Below are positions 1-15,064 of a DNA stretch of 15,064 nucleotides, piece by piece (position 1 is the stretch's first letter; each line of letters starts with the position of its first letter). A program made the translations under genes and the position numbers. The notes beneath the pieces were generated by a model, which had not been told where the DNA came from, made no database searches, and saw only the letters and a list, made by a program, of their open reading frames with translations. The DNA is from Paraphysomonas bandaiensis (lineage: Eukaryota > Protista > Chrysophyceae), in NCBI GenBank assembly GCA_965644295.1, contig CBFFRP010000504.1:1-15064 (forward strand), given 5' to 3'.

Positions 1-538
1 TAAACCCTAAACGAATGAACTCGTCACAAAGCACTCTATGAGCTATTATTAATAACAACAACTTCGAAAAATGTAAAATAGCAACGAAGTCTCACTTACT
101 CGGACAAAAAACAAATTAAAATTAAAAATAAAAGAGGAAGATGATAACTGTGAGTGTCTTGTTCAGAATGTCAACACAGCGCCGCCTTTGGTTGATGGCA
201 ACAGGCAGAGGGAAACGAGCATGTCTTAACAAGCAAACTCGATAACAGACTCATTTGTCGAAGTGTTATGACTACATAACATCATAGATATCTATTATTC
301 AGTTTGGGGCTATTCTAGTTTGGGCTTGGTGTGAAACTCTACAACAAGGGGAATTTAGGTGTTTTCACAGAAACAAGTTCAGTGATTTCTGAGTGACAAT
401 AACAATATACAATACAGGGTTTAAAGTAATGCTGACTTAATTACGAGATATTTCGCCCACTTTCCATAAGTAAAAACAGTTAAATGACAACAGTGGTGAT
501 GCCACAAGTTGTCATTTCCAGTTACGGCTAATGAATTC

Positions 539-895
539 TTACTTCAAATGCTTGAACACCTCCGGAGCGCGCTTGTTAAAAATAAATAAATACAGCTAAT
601 GTGTGATAGGTTTTATTGTACTCACCCACTTATCGATGCACTTCCAGTAGTCAAAATACCAAGCTTCACAATCCTCACCTGGCTTCGAAGCAATTCTCTT
701 AGTGCAGTTCTGCGTGTTATGAGAATTACAATAGATCAGAAACATGTAATGCGGGGTAACCTCATATAATGTCCATTCTGGTTTGCATTTAGGTTTGACA
801 GCCTCTGTGACTGTAACCATCGGGTTCACAATTTCATCTTCCTGTTACCAGAATTACAGCGATAAGAACAACAGAGTAATATATGCACTAACCAT
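539..895 (-). CDS. QCR6: Cytochrome b-c1 complex subunit 6 (hinge protein), 66 aa, 4 exons: 895-893, 841-761, 709-626, 571-539
   Basis: GT-AG splicing (introns 51, 51, 54 nt, all phase 0) gives MEDEIVNPMVTVTEAVKPKCKPEWTLYENCTKRIASKPGEDCEAWYFDYWKCIDKWRAPEVFKHLK*. The twin Cx9C, YFDYWxCIDK and APxxFxxLK end match plant-type UQCRH. Confidence 0.9.
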
Positions 896-1641
896 TTAAT
901 ATATCGGGATAGAGGGCGTTCAACGGTCGCTATTTGCAGTACTGTACGATGAATCACTTAATGTGAGGTGTGATGTATGCAATGCATTGCATGGAGATGC
1001 AACGATACGTGCATGTGCATACATACATCCTCCTGTACATGTATATACCTCACCTCATATTCAGTATTTTACAACCATGCACACCACAACCCCACCAGTA
1101 TGTACAGACCGGTTTTTTTGGGTGTTGGAAATTTGTTGACTAAATACGGGCAGTTTCTGTACGTTAACGGATAGAAAACGGTAGAATGATAGGTCTTGTG
1201 CTGGATACTGCTGTATGCGGTGGTATACATGATCTCTATACAGCGAATATTCTAAAAAAGTTTATGGTGGAAATGACTGTGTATGGTACACTGTATGTGT
1301 ATACGGATATACGGCTATATGGCTATATGTGGAGTGTGTGCTTTGTCCAGATACGCCACACACGTCCAACAGCAGTAGGAATTCCTACATAGACATACAT
1401 ATGGACTACGTGATTATACAGATATATATGCACTGTGCTGTGCTGTATTTACACGCCTGTGTTGGTGGATCCATATATAAGTCTATGAACCTGCTCTATT
1501 CCCAGTCCTCGACACTAAGCAGACCTTCTACTGATGCAGGGACATCCCCAATATATTATATCTAATCACAGCTAGTTCGCCACTATATACGGTGTATAGA
1601 TCGTGCATTCAGAGGCCTCATAACTGCCTGCACACACACAC

Positions 1642-4286
1642 ATGATGCGAACTCTGATAGCTTTTATTACCGCTGCTTTGTGCCTATTGCAACCAGTGGC
1701 CGGAGAAATAACATATAATGAAAAACATGATCCTGAGATTCTTATTATATTCATGTTTTTTGGGCTGATTCTGGGCGCACTGACCACTTATGTGTTGTCG
1801 CGGTATGGTCATGGTTTACCCTACACTGTTATCATGTTCTTAATTGGGGGCGTACTCGCTGCTATCGTCGATAACTGTGATGCTGGCCATCTTGGAGAAT
1901 CCATCAATTCCTGGAAGAAATTAGACCCTGGTAATATGCTTTTGCAGTATATAATCTTTTGTATGACTTTGATATCTCGCTAGAAATGATGCTGTTTCTA
2001 TTTTTACCGGTCTTGATATTCGGTGAAGCCATGACTTTAAAGTGGCACCACGTTAAAGGTGGACTTCCACAAGCTTTGTTGTTAGCTGGACCTGGTGTTA
2101 TAATTGGTGCATTTATCATGGGGACATTTGTATTCGTTTTACCACTTGATTGGAGTTGGAACTTGTCAATGGTCTTTGGTTCTATTCTAGCTGCAACGGA
2201 TCCTGTTGCTGTAGTGGCTCTCCTGAAGAGCGCAGGGGCATCCCCTAAATTAACAATTTTGATCATCGGTGAGTCGTTGCTGAACGACGGCACAGCTATG
2301 GTTCTCTTTTCTCTCTTTTTTGATATGTGTAAAGGAGAAGAGTACGGTGCTGGTGGTATAGTGCTATACTTCTTGAAAATGGCCGTGGGATCACCTCTAT
2401 TTGGAGCCACTATAGGGCTGGCATCAGTGTATTGTATGAGCAAGGCTAACAAACCCCTCAGCGGTGATGACGTTACTGTTCAAATTGCCATCACGATATG
2501 CTGTGCTTATATGACCTTCTTCATGGCCGAGTACGAATGCCGAATGAGTGGTCTTCTGGCATGCTGTGGTGCAGGGGCTGTATTCTCTTGGTTAGCTCCC
2601 CCTCTGATATTGGAGCATGAAACTATGCATCATGTGTGGAGTATTATAGAGTGGGCTGGTAACACTCTTATTTTTCTGTTGGCTGGTCTTATCATTGGGA
2701 GTGAGACGATCAAAGAAGTCACTGCATCTGATTGGGGTTATTTGATACTGCTTTACCTGTTCTTGTCTGTGCTGAGATGCTTCATTATTGCGATACTTTT
2801 TCCTGTTCTATCGAATGTTGGACTCAAATGTAGTCGCGAAGATGCGTGCTTCATGGCGTGGGCTGGATTACGTGGTGCATTGGGAATGGCTCTTGCACTC
2901 ATTGTACAAGGCGACCGTTCTGAATCTGACCTCAGTAAGAAAGACACAGACCGCGTATTTTTTTTCGTGGGTGGTATTGCAGCTTTGACTTTAATCGTCA
3001 ATGCCACCACATCGCGTAGAGTTTTGAACAGTCTAGGGCTGCTAAAGCAGGATACACCAGACAAAGTGCTTGTGATGGAGCAAATTCGTAAACGTCTTCG
3101 CGCACGTCTGTTAGCGGAGGTGAAACAGCTTCAAAAGCGCCTACGCATTGAAGATGCCAACGATATTATCAAGCACAATACCATGCTCCTGGAAGAAGCT
3201 CGTGAAAGCATGGCCATGAAGGACGACTCTGGTGGAAGAAGGTTTAGCAGTACTGCCAGTCTGAATGACCGGACTCTGTCCAAACGGAACAGTCAAAGTG
3301 ATTTAATGAGTGATCTTCTCGCTTATGTACGCACTGTCTTCTTAGAGATTGTAAGAGTAGAATACTGGCGACGCATTGAAGATGGTCGATTACCACGAGA
3401 GGCCAATGCGACGCAGACGCTGCTTTACTCCATCGATAATGCTCTGGACCGCGTGCATAAGACCCGGTTACGCGATTGGAAGTGGCTGAAGCGAGAAATG
3501 GTTATGTCTCCCACGCTGGTCTGGTTTGGTGCTATGTTACAGCAATGGAGTTACCCCACGAGTACGTTGCACTCATTGCTCGACATTCTTGAGTCTCGCA
3601 ACGAGGAGCTGAGGGTCCATGTTTTAACACACTTCATTGAAGCCCATGAATCTGCCCAGAAAAAAATATTTCGATTCATGGGCGAAGAAGATGGTGAGAA
3701 TGATGAATCATTCAGAACACCAGAGACTTCTGTTGTGCTTCGTGAATCTCAAAACTCGGTACTATTATGTATATATCATCACTAATGGTAATAGAAATAT
3801 CCTTCAGGTTCAAGAAGCTAAGAAAATGTTGGGTACTATTGATAGATATGTAAGTTCATGCATGCATTATAAAACGCAAGTGATTCACATAATTCCAGGT
3901 AATCAATAGCATCGTCTGTCGACAGGCAGGAAGGTCGCTATTATCAAAGCAAGTTGAGCTTGTCACAGACATGGTACAAGAAGGGCTCATGGCACCCCAA
4001 GATACTGAAAAGTTTTTTAATCTTGTCAAACATGATTTGGAACGATTGGAAGAATTAACAACTCGGGAGTTTAGGTCAGTGTACTACTAGGTGCTCTGTT
4101 TAAATCTAAGCTATGTTTAATAGGGACCATGTTCGACTGACCCAGTCGAAACGAATCACTGCATCCATGTCTGCCACAAGCACTCTTTATCGCCACGATC
4201 TAACTGCAGCTGCGGCTTACGTTCCTCCCACCTTAACCGAAGCACTTCTCTCTGAGGATTCGGATGACCCTGACGAAGATGATTAG
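1642..4286 (+). CDS. CPA1 Na+/H+ antiporter, SOS1/NHX7-NHX8-like, 814 aa, 5 exons: 1642-1930, 1984-3758, 3808-3849, 3899-4074, 4124-4286
   Basis: Motifs LPYTV, FLPVLIFGEA, LLLAGPGV, ATDPVAVVALLK, GESLLNDGTA, SGLLA and GLRGALGMALAL, followed by a SOS1-like helical cytoplasmic region (EYWRRIEDG, FIEAHESAQ, EGL). Introns of 53, 49, 49 and 49 nt are all GT-AG, and the 2445 nt CDS ends at TAG 4284-4286. N-terminus looks like a signal peptide. Confidence 0.9.
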
Positions 4287-4550
4287 CGGCGTTATGCACT
4301 CAGTTTCTCATGTTGTCAATGTGCTTCTCGTGGTGGACAATGTCCTAGTTAAATAGAGTAGCTAATTATATATTGGGTGAATATCTGAAATGTTAATACC
4401 AATATTTCTAACTATTAATCCTGTATTACTTTTTAGTGCTTAAAGCAATGTAAGGGCACTCTATTTCTCCCGGAATTAACGAGAAATAAATAAATGGAAT
4501 GTATAGTACATCATTTAGCGGAGTATTTGTATATATTATATATTTGGACA

Positions 4551-4663
4551 CAGGGCTGCGTAACGATTCATTGGCGTAGGATTTAGTCAATTAAATTATT
4601 ACTTCTGTCCCAGCATCAATTATTGTAATATATTGAAAACCAATTAATTGTTACGCAACTCTG
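4551..4663. mobile_element. Small non-autonomous hAT-like MITE (113 bp), degenerate
   Basis: 24 bp imperfect TIRs: cagggctgcgtaacgattcattgg (4551-4574) vs reverse complement of 4640-4663, cagagttgcgtaacaattaattgg (20/24). Flanking 8-mers tttggaca / tttgagca (6/8) fit a decayed 8 bp TSD. CAGGG termini with an 8 bp TSD are typical of hAT elements. Confidence 0.6.
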
Positions 4664-5704
4664 TTTGAGCAACACTTTCTTAATACGAATTAGAGATATC
4701 ATGGGCCACATTTGGAGATTTGGGATTCAATCTTTGGACAACAACAATACGGTTTAAAAAATTTTTAAGTTCTAAGACTCTACAATATGTAATATATTGT
4801 ACCCTAGTCTGTTATATATATAATATAAAATAGCTGAAAATAATTATCTGTGCTTGACTCCATTTTTTAGTACTTGTAAATAAAGAATGAAACCAGTAAA
4901 TAAAGTATCTGACATCGAATGTACTCTTCCCTGATATTTATATTTATATTGTGAATGAAAAGTTGGGTAAAACAATCCCATGATTGCAAAATGTTAGTTT
5001 TTAGTATAATTATATTATTTATCCATGGGCAAGGAGGCTATATGGTCCTGCGCTCAAACTTTTATATACGAGGGCCCACCTGAAGTGTTATCAGGATATT
5101 GAGCTGCCTGCTGAAGTTCACCTTATGGACTAAAAATAACTGAAGTCAGCAGATATGCAGACATCATTCTACTTGCTCACTGCGTTTGGTTTGATTGATA
5201 GAGCGGAGGTGGTTGCACCTTGGTGCTTGCGGCGACGCACAAGCATCTTCCGTAGAAATAGTAGAGATTGTACTAGATAGTTCCAGGTAGACGCCTATCT
5301 ATCTTGACTAGTTTTCATCTAGATACTAACCTGGTGCTGATTCTTAACAAGACAAAATGGGGATAACAACTAATAGTATTTTTTTGCTTGGTGCATTCCC
5401 AACAATGAACACGGATATGCTCCTACAATATAATATTGCAGTCACTGCCTAAATATTCTATAGTTGGTTACTTTCCCACTATACAAACGGGTTTAACTCT
5501 GCTCACTACAACGCACACTAGCTGAACAAATATATATGTCTCAACTACAAGCTACCCATTTAAAATCCATTTTCAACACTGTTTCTTCAATTGAATGCAT
5601 CACTCAAATTTGCAGCGACAGAATATTACTAATATGAGAAGCAGAAAGTAGTCCTTACCACCGACGCTGCTAGGATTATGAGAGTGTAGAGCAAAATCAT
5701 CAGT

Positions 5705-9904
<4,200 letters not shown>

Positions 9905-10140
9905 TGAGATAATTATATCGAATTGTAATCAGTTCGAGTAGTCGATAATTGTCGCACACGTAATATAAGTGTGCAGTCTAGTAACTTCTAGCTATAGATA
10001 TATCAAATAATAGATAGCTAAGAGAATAAACACCTACAAAGACATAGAAGTAGACTATAGATCTAAGAGATTTAATACTTGACACCTAACAGGAATAATA
10101 ACTACAGCTGATACTGTTCCACAGTTATATTAGTGGGGAG

Positions 10141-10163
10141 TGTATGTATGTATGTATGTATGT
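10141..10163. repeat. Short (TATG)n tract, inverted relative to the large (CATA)n array
   Basis: tgtatgtatgtatgtatgtatgt read directly. Confidence 0.85.
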
Positions 10164-10350
10164 ACATATATGGTGTACTATCTCACCACTTTTAGTGATG
10201 TGTTGCACCCCCCTTATAATCTACACACATACACATACATATCCACACAGCACGTACATTTACGTTTTTGACCCCACTCACCTCACATACGTTTCACAAA
10301 CTGTTTTTAAGAGGATACCGACATGTACCTACCTACTGCACGTTCGTACG

Positions 10351-12726
10351 TACATACATACATACCTACCTACCTACCTACATACATACATACATACATA
10401 CATACATACATACATACATACATACCTACATACCTACATACCTACATACATACCTACATACATACATACCTACCTACCTACATACATACATACATACATA
10501 CCTACATACATACATACATACATACATACCTACATACATACATACATACACTCATACATACATACATACATACATACATACATACATACATACATACATA
10601 CATACATACATACATACATACATACATACATACATACATACATACATACATACATACATACATACATACATACATACATACATACATACATACATACATA
10701 CATACATACATACATACATACATACATACATACATACATACATACATACATACATACATACATACATACATACATACATACATACATACATACATACATA
10801 CATACATACATACATACATACATACATACATACACTCATACATACATACATACATACATACATACATACATACATACATACATACATACATACATACATA
10901 CATACATACATACATACATACATACATACATACATACATACATACATACATACATACATACATACATACATACATACCTACCTACCTACCTACCTACATA
11001 CATACATACATACATACATACATACCTACCTACCTACCTACCTACCTACCTACCTACCTACCTACATACATACATACATACATACATACATACATACATA
11101 CATACATACATACATACATACACCTACATACATACATACATACATACATACATACATACATACATACATACATACATACATACATACACCTACATACATA
11201 CATACATACATACATACATACATACATACATACATACATACATACATACATACATACATACATACATACATACATACATACATACATACATACATACATA
11301 CATACATACATACATACATACATACATACATACATACATACATACATACATACATACATACATACATACATACATACATACATACATACATACATACATA
11401 CATACATACATACATACATACATACACTCATACATACATACATACATACATACATACATACATACATACATACATACATACATACATACATACATACATA
11501 CATACATACATACATACATACATACATACATACATACATACATACATACATACATACATACATACATACATACATACCTACCTACCTACCTACCTACCTA
11601 CATACATACATACATACATACATACCTACCTACCTACCTACCTACCTACCTACCTACCTACCTACATACATACATACATACATACATACATACATACATA
11701 CATACATACATACACCTACATACATACATACATACATACATACATACATACATACATACATACACCTACATACATACATACATACATACATACATACATA
11801 CATACATACATACATACATACATACATACATACATACATACATACATACATACACTCATACATACATACATACATACATACATACATACATACATACATA
11901 CATACATACATACATACATACATACATACATACATACATACATACATACATACATACATACATACATACATACATACATACATACATACATACATACATA
12001 CATACATACATACATACATACATACATACATACATACATACATACATACCTACCTACCTACCTACCTACATACATACATACATACATACATACCTACCTA
12101 CCTACCTACCTACCTACCTACCTACCTACCTACCTACATACATACATACATACATACATACATACATACATACATACATACATACATACATACATACACC
12201 TACATACATACATACATACATACATACATACATACATACATACATACATACATACATACATACACCTACATACATACATACATACATACATACATACATA
12301 CACCTACATACATACATACATACATACATACATACATACATACATACATACATACATACATACATACATACATACATACATACATACATACATACATACA
12401 TACATACATACATACATACATACATACATACATACATACACCTACATACATACATACATACATACATACATACATACATACATACATACATACATACATA
12501 CATACATACATACATACACTCATACATACATACATACACCTACATACATACATACATACATACATACATACATACATACATACATACATACATACATACA
12601 TACATACATACATACATACATACATACATACATACATACATACATACATACATACATACATACATACATACATACATACATACATACACCTACATACATA
12701 CATACACCTACATACATACATACATA
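10351..12726. repeat. About 2.4 kb (CATA)n tetranucleotide satellite with CCTA, CACCTA and CACTCA variants
   Basis: Read directly. The plus strand has no G across the array, so it contains no TAG/TGA, and TAA is also absent. Confidence 0.99.
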
Positions 12727-12840
12727 TGTATATAGACCATATATCTGCATATGCGGGTGTTGACTGTGTTTGATCACTTGTAGATTCATATTAAAAACTT
12801 CATACAAATGAGTTCATAGTCTCTCATCTTTCATCATCAA

Positions 12841-13878
12841 ATGCCACAAATAAAATATGATGATGGCCTGTATGAACAGAGGCAGAAGCCATGGCGGAAG
12901 GTGTTATACGAGAGACAGGCCTATCCAGACAACTATGTGGACTCCGACAAGTTTTTAGATCAGTTAGATATGAAGAGAGACTCAACCCCTTATACTTTTT
13001 TTGGGGTATTCTTAAGTACGTCAGTAGTAGCTCAACAGCTTACTGCTGTATGTATTTTCATTGCGATTCATAAGTTTGTAGTCAAGCATGAGTCATTCAT
13101 GTGGCGATTGTATGCTTTTGATGTGTTTTTGTTGATATGGATATATTTGGCTCATACTGTGTTGAGTGAGAAACGACCCAGCTTACGAAAGACTTTGAAA
13201 TCAACTCTTTTGTTTCTGGTGTGCCTACGTGTCGTCGCACCTGCTCTGCAGACTCTAACATCGTCTTATTCGGATGATACTATAGATGCATTGGTGCTTG
13301 CTTTCTCTACTCTGCACTTGGTTTTTCACGATTATGCATATGTTAATGGGGCGAAAGAAACATTCTCAGGTATCAAAATTGAATTCCCAATTTTATATAT
13401 TAGTACGTTTTGAACCACTGTGTTGATATTAGTACTCGAGATGAATGCGTCATTTCTATACCCGCTGTCCAATTTTCACACTACTTTCATATCAGGGATC
13501 GTGTCACTTAATGCAGCTATGTTCACTGCCGTGTTGCTTGCTTCACGCTTACAGAAGATAGAAAACGTCACCGCCTTTGTTGTCTTAGCCGTAATTTCTT
13601 TTTCACTTTTTCCGGACACTGCCCGTTTAGCTAAGCGCAAATCCGAAATGCTGCATCTGCTGTTAACTTTTGTGATGTGGCTTATAGCTACAACCTTGCT
13701 TGTCTATTTAGATGATACACTACTGGTTGTCTACCAGGTACTTGTGTTTTTTGTTTGGCTAGTTTGCCCTCTCTGGCTGTCTTACTTGTGTAATCACCAC
13801 AAAAAGAAGTTAAGGGGGCCATGGGATATTGCTGAAGTACCTGATTTTATTTCCATTGGACAATCCCATACCGACTAA
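12841..13878 (+). CDS. PIGC: Phosphatidylinositol N-acetylglucosaminyltransferase subunit C (PIG-C/GPI2), 303 aa, exons 12841-13369 and 13496-13878
   Basis: Family hallmarks PWRKVLYERQAYPDNYVD, LQTLTSSYSDDTI, HLVFHDY, SLNAAMFTAVLLASRL and C-terminal GPWDIA. A 126 nt GT-AG phase-1 intron joins the two ORFs into 912 nt. Confidence 0.93.
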
Positions 13879-14861
13879 ATAATTTGTGAATAAAACTTTA
13901 GCTGCAGATCAATAATGTAAATATCAAGTACAATGAAAGAGTTACAGCGAGTGTTACTGCCTCAAAACACCGACATATACAATACTGCTTACACTCGATT
14001 TAACGTTGCGCAGCAGCTGCTTTAAGCTGCTTCTACGCAAGGTTGCCTATACTTTTTTACTTCGAAACAGTAAGTCAATCGATTGATATACGTTACAATG
14101 TTAAAAGTCTGATTCTGGTAATATGAACATCATTACCAAAGTTTCTCAAGTGCTGCTGTGCATACGTGCATACTACATCAACAAAGGTGAACAATAAAAA
14201 ATACAGATGCTAGGAATTGCATATATAAATCAATGGCAGTGCTCAACACTTTAATGAAATACCGATGAAAAATAGATATACCTACCTTGCAGCAGGACTT
14301 CAAAACAACTCATTTTCATATCATTGACGCAAGTAGTTGTTAATGATTGCTGTCCGAATTAATTGCGTTGCACTAATTGTATTGACACCGCACTGATGTG
14401 ACATTATATTGAAAGAAAAAGTACCTACTGAATAACAAATTACTCTAAGTGACCACTATATGATAACTTCGCACTCTAGTAGGTAATTTGTCAACATAAT
14501 TTGCACAGCTGTCAATTCTTTCATGAGTAGCCCTAACTGCCGAGATGTCATACTCTTGCACAAATCAGACATAACCACTACTTCTAGTGGGTAATTTTTC
14601 AACATTATTGGATTTTCAAAAAACTGCTTCGTACTACATGCAATGACTGTAGCCATCATCAGCAATTTTGATATTGAAACAATTTCAATGTTAAAATGAC
14701 TATTCACCATCATGAATGATTTATATCACTTCTGCACTTCTGCAGTTGTCTATATTTCTGGTAGTGTCGTGAATAAAGCTTTTTCTAGCAGCCCGGCAAA
14801 TTGTATAGTATGTCTCATTTCAGAATGTTAAAGTTCGTTCAGTGAGTTTTCACCTTAACTA

Positions 14862-14886
14862 GCTACATGCTACATGCTACATGTAG
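14862..14886. repeat. (GCTACAT)x3 micro-tandem ending in the palindrome CTACATGTAG
   Basis: gctacatgctacatgctacatgtag read directly. Confidence 0.7.
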
Positions 14887-15064
14887 AGTGTGTACCGCTT
14901 ATTATTATGTACATTAACTCTAATAACTATTTCTATATGTAGTCTAATTATGCCTTGCCAGTATTTAATTGATGATATTAAAAGTTTTTAATAAATTGGA
15001 GCAGGTTGCAGTCAATTATAATTGTAGTCACTACAATAAACCTTACACACAAAACCTTGTACCT

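Noticed and set aside
977-1565. Short plus-strand ORFs of 65-78 aa
   Set aside because: Derived from low-complexity ACAT/TATG-rich intergenic DNA; composition biased to Y/C/H/M.
1904-3064. Minus-strand ORFs 1904..2452 and 2753..3064, and alternate-frame 2788..2988
   Set aside because: Shadow ORFs of the antiporter exon with no recognisable motifs.
4680-5100. Possible second degenerate MITE bounded by atgggcc / gggccc motifs around an AT-rich core
   Set aside because: Inverted similarity too weak and no TSD identifiable.
5108-5152. SECIS-like TGA...AAAAA...TGA stem
   Set aside because: Helix II geometry does not fit (3' arm too short), and no in-frame UGA selenoprotein is adjacent.
10351-12726. 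CRISPR array or telomere interpretation of the repeat
   Set aside because: No unique spacers. The unit is CATA/CCTA rather than a telomeric 5-7-mer, and it is flanked by genes on both sides.
10144-12807. 800+ aa TYIH-repeat ORFs in all three plus frames and many MYVC ORFs on minus
   Set aside because: Artefact of the stop-free tetranucleotide repeat; all frames give the same periodic peptide.
14456-14713. 85 aa minus-strand ORF as a real gene
   Set aside because: No recognisable domain, and no consistent exon chain could be built; kept only as a possible remnant.

Overview
Intron-rich eukaryotic genomic DNA, probably a protist and possibly a stramenopile (inferred from gene content and short GT-AG introns, not proven). 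Four complete genes could be spliced by hand into open frames: a cytochrome bc1 hinge subunit (QCR6/UQCRH, minus, 4 exons); a SOS1/NHX8-like CPA1 Na+/H+ antiporter (plus, 5 exons, 814 aa); a 21-exon calcium-dependent protein kinase (minus, 805 aa); and PIG-C/GPI2 (plus, 2 exons). A 2.4 kb (CATA)n array with higher-order structure lies between the divergent kinase and PIG-C starts and explains all the long TYIH/MYVC ORFs. A 113 bp hAT-like MITE sits between the convergent antiporter and kinase. The most striking item is the kinase architecture: a Vta1/LIP5-like tandem MIT (ESCRT-III-binding) N-terminus fused to an intact CDPK that lacks an N-myristoylation glycine and has an extra CaM-target-like helix after the EF-hands. 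Family assignments come from motif recognition only; no searches were run.
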